A stretch of 62,964 nucleotides of DNA, filler included, from Stramenopiles sp. TOSAG23-3 (GCA_900128585.1; 45 parts of 45 records of this genome joined end to end with filler, not necessarily neighbours in it), one strand, 5' to 3'. Shown: positions 34,190-45,367, numbered from the whole stretch's first letter. Notes: generated from the sequence alone by a model not told the origin. Numbers and translations are program-made.

Positions 34190-35102
34190 ATGACAAAGTG
34201 TTCCTTGCTGGTGTTCGCGTTGTGCGTGGCGGCGGCGGCTGCCCTGTCGTCCGCAGAGGCTAACGTGCACCCAAACGAAGGTTTTGGGACGCCCGTGTAC
34301 GGAAAGAAGCACATCAACGAGACACAGCACTTCCACCACGAGGGTGGGAAAGCGCCAAGCACTATTAAGTATGACGTCGAGCACCACGATGATGTCGTTC
34401 ACTTCCGTTTGCCCGAGTACGGCGTGCGCCACGCCAGCTGCTCCGAGGAGAAAATGGTCGTCAAGTTTGCCACCCACGACGGTATGGTGGAGTTCCAGAA
34501 GTTGCTCGATACGGACAACAATAAGATCCTCGCAGGGGGGTGCCTCGACATGGACACCCTAGACGTTGTTGGGGTCTGCTCGAGGGTCGTGAGCGTCAAC
34601 GCGAGGAAAGACCTGTCGGGTGGCAGCCGGACGATTGTCCTGAAAGTACGACCTGCCGACTGGGAGGAGGTGTTCGTGCACGCCAAAGTGACCGCAAAGT
34701 TCCAGCCAGGGTTTGCAGAGGAGTACAGACGGTTCAGCGGCAATTCCAGGCGTTTGATTGGAGGCTGGGGAATTGGAGACCAGAATGAAAAGGATTGCAC
34801 GGAGAACGACCCGGACTGCAACCCAGAGTTTGGAAAAACTTGGAATGTCCGAGGCTTCTCGAAGAGCTACAACGGCAAGGAACTTGCGCAGTGGGGCCCC
34901 GTCGACGTCACTTGCCAACAGTGCGAGTTCGATTTTTCCCCGGCGCTGACCTTTGGGCTGCACGTTAAGTTTTTGAAGTTGAAGCACGTAAAACTTACTG
35001 CAGAGGGGGACTTAACTGCGACGATGAAGTTTAAAGCGACCGCGTCCGGGAGTGCGAGCAAGTCGGACACCAAAGTGATCCACATCTTCAAGGCAATGCC
35101 CA
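34190..35102 (+). CDS. Secreted protein of unknown function, partial
   Basis: Signal peptide MTKCSLLVFALCVAAAAALSSAEA, an RRL site, then a beta-rich region. Confidence 0.75.
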
Positions 35103-35202
35103 NNNNNNNNNNNNNNNNNNNNNNNNNNNNNNNNNNNNNNNNNNNNTTAATTAATTAANNNNNNNNNNNNNNNNNNNNNNNNNNNNNNNNNNNNNNNNNN
35201 NN

Positions 35203-35566
35203 TGTTCAAGATAACTTTGCCGACGTATTCGTATTCTGGGAAAACAGCGTCAAACCAATCGTTTTTCTCAACTGCCTGTTCGTTGATCAGGTATTGAAGG
35301 CTTTCCTGTTTCTGCATTTTGTATTTTATACCATCTTTGCTAATGGTGATGTTAACATTAGCTCACTGTACTTTATACAAACGGGTAGCAACCATCCGGA
35401 CAGACAATCGCCGTCTCTTAGTACCAGACTTAACCGTCGCATAGACGCCTTTGATGTCAACGGTGGCGTTCGTAACCGCGATGCCCAGCGCGGAATTCTC
35501 CACGGAAAGGTAGTGCTGCATACCAGTCATGTAACTTGAATAAGCGTGCGCCCATGATGGAATCAT
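35203..35566 (-). CDS. Hypothetical protein on a virus-like contig, with an in-frame TGA at 35363-35365
   Basis: 67 codons, TGA, then the same frame stays open for about 53 codons to the contig edge. Confidence 0.45.
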
Positions 35567-35620
35567 TTTATAAAAATCTTAAGTGATTTATACTATATAA
35601 TTGCAAAAATGATTGAGTAA

Positions 35621-35992
35621 ATGTCCTTGGAAGAATGTGTAAAGAATCCTGTAAAGTATACTGGTGGTAAAATCGATTCAATATTTATGTACGTAAAAAA
35701 TTATTGTCCTCACAGTATACACGCGGCTTTGCGTACGGAACAATTTACTACAGATGTAAAGTGTTACGACTTATGTGTCCCACAGAAATATGTATCCCAC
35801 CGTGATTTAAATAAATATGCAGGCGATGGCGATGGAAAGGAAGCGTGGTATCACTTTAAAACCGTACCACAAATTTTTGGAAAAGTTGGTACCAATTGGT
35901 ACTATTTGGGAGGACGCGATGATTTCGATTCTATTGCACCACACACCATTGGGACCAAGACCAAGGTTGGTCCAAGTCCATATAAGTTTTAG
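35621..35992 (+). CDS. Hypothetical 123-aa protein on a virus-like contig
   Basis: TAAATG start; tightly packed with both neighbours. Confidence 0.65.
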   Translation: MSLEECVKNPVKYTGGKIDSIFMYVKNYCPHSIHAALRTEQFTTDVKCYDLCVPQKYVSHRDLNKYAGDGDGKEAWYHFKTVPQIFGKVGTNWYYLGGRDDFDSIAPHTIGTKTKVGPSPYKF

Positions 35993-36410
35993 TGTTAGGG
36001 AGTAGGGTTCCGACCATTGGGATTATCTGGTTGAGATGTTGTCCTGTTTTACAGCTAACGCACAGTGTGGGGCATTTAAAATTCGGTGCTGTATAGCTGT
36101 CTATTCTATCTATCTTGTTGCATATGACAATAACTGGTATATTCTCAAATCTATCTATCCATTTTTGTACGGTATCTTCTCTACCGACTTCATAAAATAC
36201 TAAAGCAGCGTTAGCATAAGGGTAGTATTCTTCACAGATGGAACTGTACCTTTCATTTCCCGACATGTCATGTATTATAAAATCACCTTTGTACAGCATA
36301 TCTTTTCCAATGGTTTGTATGTAGGATTCCGAGTAAGCATGACCATTTAGATAACGTAGAAAGGCACTTTTTCCAGCCATATTGTGTCCAACTAAAACTA
36401 GAACATGCAT
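35931..36410 (-). CDS. Minimal Rab/Ras-like small GTPase, 159 aa
   Basis: G1 GHNMAGKS, G2 TIG, G3 DMSGNERY, G4 NKID, G5 SCKTG, C-terminal CVVQ CaaX-like box. Confidence 0.9.
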   Translation of the reverse strand: MHVLVLVGHNMAGKSAFLRYLNGHAYSESYIQTIGKDMLYKGDFIIHDMSGNERYSSICEEYYPYANAALVFYEVGREDTVQKWIDRFENIPVIVICNKIDRIDSYTAPNFKCPTLCVSCKTGQHLNQIIPMVGTLLPNTKTYMDLDQPWSWSQWCVVQ

Positions 36411-36428
36411 TTAGTACATAGATTATTT

Positions 36429-36445
36429 TCTTAAATAGTATTTAA
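36429..36445. promoter_or_regulatory. Palindromic back-to-back TATA-like element CTTAAATA-G-TATTTAAG
   Basis: Perfect 8-bp inverted repeat centred in a short spacer between the GTPase ATG and a divergent ATG near 36466. Confidence 0.5.
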
Positions 36446-36600
36446 GTACTTTCGTGGAATTATAAATGTTATTATATCTTAAAAATGGCACTTTATTTTT
36501 NNNNNNNNNNNNNNNNNNNNNNNNNNNNNNNNNNNNNNNNNNNNTTAATTAATTAANNNNNNNNNNNNNNNNNNNNNNNNNNNNNNNNNNNNNNNNNNNN

Positions 36601-37897
36601 TGAGTCACACGAATCACAGTGGCCAAAACACACGAAGTTTGGCATGTCTACACTACCGGGCGCAACAAATAAGCTGCGACGACCAGTTTCACCAGTAACG
36701 CTAACTTCCAAGGTTCCACTACCCCCACTTGCAGGATTTTGAACCCCCCCCACAATTAGCGACAAGCTGGTCGACGCTTGGATAACGTTACCATGATTTT
36801 CCCAAGACAACTCTAGCCTGGGTTCCATGCTGGCAATGATCAACGCGCCTTCATAAACAGTATTTGTGTTGAAGGAAACGAGGCCCATGTAGACCTCGCC
36901 CCCGTCGGACGGCCCGGCACCAAAGCCCGTGGGAAACGATACATTTACTCTTGCCATGCGATTGATTGCAACTGGCGTCTCGAAACTAAGAGTCACCTTT
37001 GAGATTGACTTCGCAATGACGTTGCTAATGTCCATGTTTATAGCCGGCGCGTTGCTGACAACGGGCATAACATCGACCTTGCTCGTGGTGGTAACAGATG
37101 CCCAATCATTATTCCAGAGGCTAATCTTGAACCCAATCTGCTCCCCGGCGTGTTGAGGCAAATCAAGGCCTCTTATGCGAAAAGAAATGTCTTCACCCTT
37201 GGAAAGATCATTCGCAGACTCCAAGTTCAGCGAAGTGGCAGACGTATTAATGATGGTGAATTTTGACCCTTGAATTGAAATACTTTCTGCCCGCAAAGAG
37301 AATGTTCCGGGAAATTGAATATTGACCCCCTTGGTAACACTTTGCATGTCATCTGGGATTTTGAAAGACACGTCGGCGCTAACATTGCGGCTCCCTTCCG
37401 TGTAGTTTGTGAATGCAACAGTTGCCTTGTCAATTCTTGGGTTAACGACGACCGTAACCCCCACTTGTTCAACTGCATCAGAGCCCCCTTGCACCCGGAA
37501 ACAAAACTTCAACACCCCAACCGTGTGCCCGGACAGACGCACCGATGCGTTGTTAAAGATGGTTGCATTAAGTGTGGTACCCAGGGAGCATGGTGCAAAC
37601 GAAAACGCCCCTGTCCCTTTAAGTGAAATGTTTGCTACCAAGTTGACTATTAAATCTTCGCCTGCCAGCGCATACTTTGGGTATACTGAAGTAATGCTAT
37701 TGTTCGGAGTCGCGGGCAGCACTGCAACCGAAATGTTTTCTTGCCGTACCAGGTCGCTCCCCCCTTCACGTCTACCACATACCCAGAACGTCCCAGTTTC
37801 ATGCCGAAGAAATGATCCAGAATATCCCGATTGACCCTTCTCGAATTTTTGAGACGAGGAACTGACGGCCCCGCTGTTACAGCCACTGTGGGCAGGG
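36601..37897 (-). CDS. Large extracellular beta-sandwich repeat protein fragment, followed by a Cys-rich module
   Basis: Frame open across the whole contig; Ser/Thr/Val-rich with many N-x-S/T sites; ends CFGHCDSCDS. Confidence 0.75.
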
Positions 37898-38453
37898 NNN
37901 NNNNNNNNNNNNNNNNNNNNNNNNNNNNNNNNNNNNNNNNNTTAATTAATTAANNNNNNNNNNNNNNNNNNNNNNNNNNNNNNNNNNNNNNNNNNNNATA
38001 ATAATATAATACAAAAAAATCGTATATACGGTATTATGATATTTAAAAAACTTACTTAAATAAGGAACCATTGAAAACGAAATAGTAATATCTCCTTAAT
38101 TATAATAGCAAAAAGTAAAACGTCTTCACGTATCTCATTATCATGATATAATCAAGCATCCCCGAAACTAATCTATTTCATAATTAAGTAATATTATGTC
38201 AATATTCAGAAACAGAAATATAGTATCTTTCCTGCGATCTTTAAATTAGTGTTCACTTCGATTATTAAGGTATACATATCATTTCGATATTAATGGAAGG
38301 TTATATTCAGAACTTGATAAAAATAGTATCCTTCAATTACATGTACATATATCCTTAAACTATGGGATCCAAAAAAAGAATTACTACTATATATTTTATT
38401 AAGTTATTGAATGAAATATGATGGTGCGCGTAGAACGTACGTTCTCCATGATA

Positions 38454-39080
38454 TTATTTCTTGCTTTGCAGGGCAAAACTTTCCGGGTTATTGAAACGGT
38501 TTTCCTTGTACTTGTCCAAACTAAAGCTAATAACCCCCCCAAACAGTCTCCTTTCATACTCGATTAACTGTTCCATGAAGCCGCAGTTTGGCGCGGTCAC
38601 GGGACGCTTGGTCTTGGTGAAGACAAAGGCATCATACAGTGTCATTTGTTGAAACCTCATCAAATATGCGATGGCGACGGACGCGCTGCGGCTCATGCCG
38701 ACTGAACAATGTACCAGCGCGGCACCTTTTTCTGAATTTCGGGCCTCTTCTATGCATGCAAACGCTTGGTCTAAAACACCAAGCAAGTCCGCCTTGTTTC
38801 GGTCGGGGGAATCTGCCAACCTGACATGAAGGTACTTGAAGTCGTCCAAAAAGTGACAGTCGCTTTCCGTCGTTACGTTGATGATATGGGTTATTTTCAA
38901 AGTATCCCTCATCATCTCTCTCTCCGTGGTTACTTCGTGCCCCCCAAGATACAAATGGTCGAGCATTTTCGTGCAGTTGTAGTCCACGCTAAGGGACGGC
39001 GCCATTCTAAACTGTTTCCTCCGCGTGGCGATCGACGAGGGTTTGCTCGACGAAGCGGCCCCTTCACTATTATTCGACAT
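38454..39080 (-). CDS. Dual-specificity protein phosphatase, complete
   Basis: HLYLG, ITHIINVT, VHCSVGMSRSAS, PNCGFMEQL. Confidence 0.97.
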   Translation of the reverse strand: MSNNSEGAASSSKPSSIATRRKQFRMAPSLSVDYNCTKMLDHLYLGGHEVTTEREMMRDTLKITHIINVTTESDCHFLDDFKYLHVRLADSPDRNKADLLGVLDQAFACIEEARNSEKGAALVHCSVGMSRSASVAIAYLMRFQQMTLYDAFVFTKTKRPVTAPNCGFMEQLIEYERRLFGGVISFSLDKYKENRFNNPESFALQSKK

Positions 39081-39394
39081 TGCCCCACAATCAACGCGTC
39101 AGGAACAAGAACGCCCGGGTACCAAACGACCCACTAACCACAGCGAAGAATACTACCGAGATAAAGTCTCGATCAACGCCCCACAAACGCACGGCACGGA
39201 CGCACACTCTTTAACGCACAGCACAGAGAGGAGCTGAGATGAGAGCGATGAATCTACTATATTTTTATATTTTTATTGTAAGGCTATTATTATANNNNNN
39301 NNNNNNNNNNNNNNNNNNNNNNNNNNNNNNNNNNNNNNTTAATTAATTAANNNNNNNNNNNNNNNNNNNNNNNNNNNNNNNNNNNNNNNNNNNN

Positions 39395-39527
39395 ATTTAA
39401 CATTTAAAAATTTTAAAATATTTTTAAACAAACCTGGTATACCACATATATCGTATATGTTTTTAATTTCATCGTCGTCGTCCTTGACCTTCACCTCTTT
39501 TCGTTGTTTTGTAATTCTTGATGCCAT
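39395..39527 (-). CDS. N-terminus of an AT-rich gene, possibly F-box-like
   Basis: MASRITK...ICGIPGLFKNILKFL running into the contig edge. Confidence 0.4.
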
Positions 39528-39933
39528 CTTGTATAATATATATATATATTTACAATTTCAACACATATATTTATAATATTTTGTTTCTTTCAGTTCATTC
39601 ATTATCATTTAAATTGAACAGAAAAATGACTCGAAAACTAAAAAACAACAACAGACAAGAAATAAGAAGAAGAAGAGAAAGCAGTTCTTATACACATCAT
39701 TTTACAAAATTAATTATAAAAACACTATCAAAATATAAACACACACCAACATACGCATTTTTATTATTAACTAATCGTTATTCTTTTTCCAAAACCTCTC
39801 TCTTTTTTTTGTTTTTATACCCTGGGACTGTGTCAACATAAAAACCATTTATCAACCTCCTCTGTGTGTTTCAATGCAATAATGTCTTATATTATAATAT
39901 GTCGTCTCTCTTCATACTGATGAAACAACCTTT

Positions 39934-40236
39934 TTATGTACTTTCATATAATTTCCGTAATTGTGCAATACCAACACTTTCTTTTGTTATTGGACAAACA
40001 CCATGTTTTTCAATTTGTTCATGTATACATGGATAACAAAATACAAAACCACCAGGTGTTGCCGTTGGATTCGTACGTACTTTACCACATAATGAACATA
40101 ATGTTGGATCTTGAATCATGTCACTTAAATGAAAATCATCTGGATCTTCTAATGATTTAATACGTGGTGGTGGTGGAGCAGATTTAATTTTTAAACTAAC
40201 TTTCTCCCGTTGATTTTGTACATGATCACTATACCC
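39934..40236 (-). CDS. PEX12: PEX12 C-terminal RING fragment
   Basis: YSD...APPPP...CSLCGKVRTNPTA..GGFVFCYPCI......HGVCPIT......LRKLY. Confidence 0.85.
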   Translation of the reverse strand, partial: GYSDHVQNQREKVSLKIKSAPPPPRIKSLEDPDDFHLSDMIQDPTLCSLCGKVRTNPTATPGGFVFCYPCIHEQIEKHGVCPITKESVGIAQLRKLYEST

Positions 40237-40689
40237 CTACTCTTCTACCATTTTCATCATAATGATTTGCTTTTCCACCTTTTGAACGTATAAGTGCAAT
40301 GATCTCTTGTTTAATTGGACTACGATTATAACCATATGCATAGTCCAGGGGAGTGCTCCCGAACCTGTTCTTCTTATTAATATTATCAAGAGACATATTA
40401 GTTAACAGCAATTGAATCAACTCGGTAGTCGTTCTGTTATTAATTGCTGCAAAATGTAATGCATTATATCCACTACTCTTACCAATATTAGGATCAGCTT
40501 CACATTGTTCAATTAAATATTGAACTACTTGGAAACGTTCGTTCTCTGCAGCTATCATTAAAGGTGTACGTTCATATCCACCACTATCTGTACCTTCTTG
40601 ATTCACCATGTCTTTCAATGTCATATTACCTTCTTTCACACCGTTCATTTCAATATATTTATGAAAACGATGTAAATTTACAAATAATA
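40229..40689 (-). CDS. Ankyrin-repeat protein, C-terminal part
   Basis: TPLMIAA, NALHFAA, TPLDYA. Confidence 0.9.
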
Positions 40690-40789
40690 NNNNNNNNNNN
40701 NNNNNNNNNNNNNNNNNNNNNNNNNNNNNNNNNTTAATTAATTAANNNNNNNNNNNNNNNNNNNNNNNNNNNNNNNNNNNNNNNNNNNN

Positions 40790-40967
40790 AGTTGGTAATG
40801 ATCAGGAACCCGCGCTCTCCATTGTTCCCTTTCGTGTCTTCTACAGAGTTGATCGAGTCGATCTCCTCCTCTCCCTTCCGAGTCTTCAAGGACGACAGCG
40901 GCGAATCGAAGTGAAGCTCGCGGTCCTGCCACACCCGCGCCTGCCGTTTGAATTGACGGTTGCTCAT
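40790..40967 (-). CDS. BBS5: BBS5, N-terminus
   Basis: WQDRELHFD...LKTRKGE..IDSINSVEDTKGNNGERG.L.ITN. Confidence 0.95.
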
Positions 40968-41399
40968 TGTAACGATACCTCTACACTACGTCCCTACGTA
41001 ATAATTTAACACCAACGAACCAAGCCACGTTCAAAAACTTGAAACCTCCTTCGCTTTTGTTTTTGTTTCAGTAAATATATCATTACTTTGGCGTTTCTTT
41101 GTTGTTCCATTTTCCATTTCGTGACTTCAAGTTCAATTGTGACTTTTATTGAAGATTGATTACAGTCAATTATTTTTATTTTTAATTTCAGTTAAAAAAA
41201 ATGGAGTTAAGAAATCGTTATAAAATAGAACATAAGAATACCATTCACTAATAAAAAAATCGACATCCATTTTTTATTTTTTTTAGATTTGTTTTTAGAA
41301 AAAATAATAAATAATAAATGATCTCACTTTTTATTCAGTTATTGATTCGGATGTTCCAAAGTGAAAAAAAGCATCATCAACAGTGCAACAACAAGGAGG

Positions 41400-41400
41400 A

Positions 41401-41440
<40 letters not shown>

Positions 41441-41495
41441 GTCGAAAGAAAGAAAGAAAGAAAGAAAGAAAGAAATGAAGAAGAAAGAAGAAATT
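41400..41495 (+). repeat. (GAAA)n microsatellite
   Basis: Directly visible. Confidence 0.9.
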
Positions 41496-42184
41496 CAAGA
41501 ACAAAAAAAAAGTAAATAATTGAATCGTTCCCAGTTTCCAGTTGTTCCCAATTCCCAACAACAAAGAACAAATTTATACAATTAAAACAAAATGAAAGCA
41601 GAGAGATAGCAGAGAGATTGGCCCGACGTTGTACTTATCTGTACTCTTACTTGTATTGATAGCTGAATTTACTACTTTATTAACACTTTCCATTTCTTTA
41701 CATTTTAGTGTACTTATATAGTTAAAAAATTCGGACGTCGTTTCCATCGCATATCGATCTTCTATACTACGTATATATTTTGGTTTTTTTTTTTTTATAT
41801 TTATATATTTACCAAGTTAGTAATAAAATATTGAAGTGCGGTCAAGAACTGTATGTGATAAATATTTTTAATAACATCACACAGCATTTACATTATTTGG
41901 AGTCAGTTCAAAAATTAAAAGATGATCGAAAAAAAAATATAAAATAAAAATTCTAGAAATATTTCCTACGCATCGCAGAAAACTACGAGCTTGCACATCA
42001 TTGTTTGTGTAATATTTCTGGTAGGATATATAATCCTTATTATTTAAGGTTATTTTTACTACCAGATACCGAAGGAGAAGTTTNNNNNNNNNNNNNNNNN
42101 NNNNNNNNNNNNNNNNNNNNNNNNNNNTTAATTAATTAANNNNNNNNNNNNNNNNNNNNNNNNNNNNNNNNNNNNNNNNNNNNG

Positions 42185-42505
42185 GAAGAGCCGGACTCCT
42201 TCCTTGAACTGTCGGAGGGTGTGCAGGACAATTTGAAAGGGGAGTGCAACAAGGTACCCGCAAGTGAAGTTCTCGAAGGGTTGGTGCATGACTGTGACGT
42301 GGAACAACCCTTTGATGCACAGACCCATCCAAATGCATTTGCATGTTTGGATCACGTTGGCGAAGAAGGGGAAAAGGTGACGTTCACGAACACCAAAAAC
42401 AATCATGAATTGAAACTGTGGAGAGAAGGCGATTTTGTCTACCACACGTGTACTCCTGGCGCCCGGCGCCGACGTCGGTTGTTACAGGGAGGATCTGATT
42501 GTTAA
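42185..42505 (+). CDS. C-terminus of an unknown protein ending RRRRRLLQGGSDC
   Basis: Open frame from the contig edge to TAA. Confidence 0.65.
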   Translation, partial: EEPDSFLELSEGVQDNLKGECNKVPASEVLEGLVHDCDVEQPFDAQTHPNAFACLDHVGEEGEKVTFTNTKNNHELKLWREGDFVYHTCTPGARRRRRLLQGGSDC

Positions 42506-42542
42506 AATTTTCAATAATACATTTAAATTAATATTTTACTTT

Positions 42543-43477
42543 CTACGCACAGTCTCCGTTGTCGTAGTGGCAGACGGCTGAATTGCAATGCCTCGTGCAC
42601 TTGCCGTTCCCCAGCCATCGGTCCTGGCAGTACCTCGAACACTGCTTCTTGCAGCCGCCCATCTCCTTCAACCACCCCTCTGCGTTGTCTCTGTTCCCAC
42701 ACACCGGGTTCCCGTCGAGGTACAAGTGTCGCAACCTCCGCATCGTCCTCAATCCCGTCGGCACGCGGGCAATGCCGTTGTGCCGAAGGTCAAGGGCTTC
42801 CAAGGCGGGCAAACCACTTACCCATTTCGGAATGTCCGTAAGGTTGTTGTTCTGCAACGCCAACTCTTTGAGCGTGTCCATCGTTTGAACCGGGCCCAGG
42901 TCACGGATCTGGTTCCCGTCCAAGTGCAAATGCTGGACCCGTGACGAACCAAACGCGGGGGAAAAGGCGGCGACACTGTTGTTGCTCAGGAACAACGATG
43001 TGACGTCCTTGCTTACCGTCGAACACTCCGTGATCCGGTTGTTGTCCGCTTCCAACCAGACCAGGCCTTTCATGCCCCACACGGACGCGGGCAACCGCAC
43101 AAGGTCGTTGTTCGCCACCTTCAATTTGAGGATCCCCGTCCACTTTGACGGGACGTCGGTCAAGTGGTTGTAACTCCAGTCCACGGCCACCAAACGGCCG
43201 AGGGCCTCCACGTCCGTGTCTTTGACGGTTCGAAGCGGTCCAAAGTTCATCGTGAACTTCTTCAACGCCTTCATCCCTTTCACCGGCGCCGGGACGCGCG
43301 TCCAATTGTGCCGTTGAACGTTCAGCACGGCGCAGTCGCACACGGGCGCCACCGGGCTTTGGCAGAACGGCACCTGCACCTCGCACGCGTCCCAGACCGG
43401 CCCGGTGCACGCGGGGTGGCCCACGCCCTGGCCCACCGCAAGGCTTGCCAGAATCGCCGCGTACGCCAGCGCCAGGC
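42543..43477 (-). CDS. Leucine-rich repeat protein with a C-terminal LNR (Notch)-like module, partial
   Basis: LxxLxLxxN repeats, LYLDGNPVC cap, CQDRWLGNGKCTRHCNSAVCHYDNGDC. Confidence 0.9.
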
Positions 43478-43578
43478 NNNNNNNNNNNNNNNNNNNNNNN
43501 NNNNNNNNNNNNNNNNNNNNNTTAATTAATTAANNNNNNNNNNNNNNNNNNNNNNNNNNNNNNNNNNNNNNNNNNNNA

Positions 43579-44115
43579 CTGCTTCGTCGTCCATTTCGTC
43601 ACCGCAACGTTTGTGTCCCATACAGCTGCCAACGCTCTCGTCTTCTTCGTCGTCCACTTCGTCCGTTGGTAGGATTGAGGCGTGGGATTCCCTGGAGCCG
43701 TGGGGTTCCCTGGAGCGAGACGGGGAAACTAAACGGGTGGTTGTCCTTGGGTTCTCCATTTTCTTCTGCAAGGAAAGTTAGGCCTCCTCGGCAACCGATT
43801 AAAGTAACAACGAAAGCGTCGGATTTTTTTCAATCTCTGGTCGCCTCCAACGAGAGTGCGGTCGCGATTCGGGTCGGGTACAAACAGTCCAAGGGATCCT
43901 TGTCCATGGTCTACTCGTTTGATTTCATGGGCAAGGCCGACGTGGACGAGGCCGAAAGTAGAAGACCGCCGGACGAGAGGCTTAAGTTAGACTCTTGCTC
44001 CGTGTACATTGACCCGTCAGCGCTGATGAAAGTCATGGGGGCAACTGTTGACGTGGATTTAGACTCTTTCAAGGTCCAGCTTTTGGACCCGGAAGGACAC
44101 CCCTTGGAACCGTAA
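43579..44115 (+). CDS. IscA/HesB-fold-like protein lacking the canonical cysteines, with an Arg-rich leader
   Basis: IKVTTKA, IRVG......MVYSFDF, VYIDPSALMKVMGATVD; no GCxG and no CGCG. Confidence 0.65.
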   Translation: MLRRPFRHRNVCVPYSCQRSRLLRRPLRPLVGLRRGIPWSRGVPWSETGKLNGWLSLGSPFSSARKVRPPRQPIKVTTKASDFFQSLVASNESAVAIRVGYKQSKGSLSMVYSFDFMGKADVDEAESRRPPDERLKLDSCSVYIDPSALMKVMGATVDVDLDSFKVQLLDPEGHPLEP

Positions 44116-44690
44116 TTGGGTTGGACCAACAACGGAGGGGCGGTTGTTATGAAGCTTCGGGGACGACGCTCTCGCTTCAAGGGATCAGCCTGTCTTATAT
44201 GAGAGGCCCGTCAAATAAATTCATAAAATTAAATTTTAACTTAAAATCGTACCCGGGGTACGCGGGTACTACTCACTTGCCACTCTTTCCTTTGCGTAAC
44301 TTAAACTCCTCCTCTTTTTTTGAACATCCCCACACGAGTTTATCGTGCGGGTCAACATGAGCCCCAACAAGAGTCCAAACGGCGAAAGAAAAGACGCGCG
44401 TTCTTTTTACCAGCAACTGTCACAACGTACATTTTCGTTTTCTAATTGTTTAACACTGTTGGTGACCATGGGAGGGCGGATGGAGGGACGTTTTTCGAAA
44501 ATTCCGCCTCCTCATTTTATTCATTTTCAAAAATTAACATACATACACACCACAGCATTGAGATAAAAACACATATTTATTATATTCTTCATCATCATAT
44601 TTTCGTTGTTATACTCGCTCATAAAAAAAATATTATACTATATTATACTTACAAGTTTTCGTATGTTAGTATCAAACGCCACATTCTTCC

Positions 44691-44870
44691 CTAGAACAAC
44701 AACCAGAGGTTCTTCGTTGTGTACCCATCGGGCATCGAGGCCATTGCCAGGCCAAGGTCTGTGTTGAAGACGGGTTCGTCCGACCCATCCTTCCCCTCCC
44801 CCTTGCTGCCTCTGCTAATAGCATGGTCGACGCTGTACGCGGCGAGGGATTCCAACCCGTCGTCCACGTC
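44691..44870 (-). CDS. BBS5: BBS5, C-terminus
   Basis: Hand translation ...LAAYSVD...DEPVFNTDLGLAMASMPDGYTTKNLWLLF*, matching the BBS5 EPVF..LGLA....DG.T...LW tail. Confidence 0.75.
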   Translation of the reverse strand, partial: DVDDGLESLAAYSVDHAISRGSKGEGKDGSDEPVFNTDLGLAMASMPDGYTTKNLWLLF

Positions 44871-45367
44871 GNNNNNNNNNNNNNNNNNNNNNNNNNNNNN
44901 NNNNNNNNNNNNNNNTTAATTAATTAANNNNNNNNNNNNNNNNNNNNNNNNNNNNNNNNNNNNNNNNNNNNACACACTATAACATCAAAGACTATATTTT
45001 GTTTGTCTTTTAAAAGTTTAAAACAATTATTCATGAAACAGAATCTTACCGACATTTTTTATTCGAAGATGAAAAAGAAAATATTTATGTAACATCGACA
45101 CAGCAGGAAGAAATAAGAAAAAGTATTTTTTTGTTTGAATTTTTTATTTAATAATAAAATTAATTATAATATTTTATAATAAAGCAACAAAAACAACAGA
45201 AAATCGAATGAACAACAGAGTTAAAAACAAATCATTAAATCACCCCAATCGAAAGAATAGGATTGTATTTCCCAATTTACCACCAAAAGAACAAACAAAC
45301 GGAGGTTGAAACACCGCCCACCAATCATTCTTTTATATATATATATACCACCGATCATTCTTTTACA

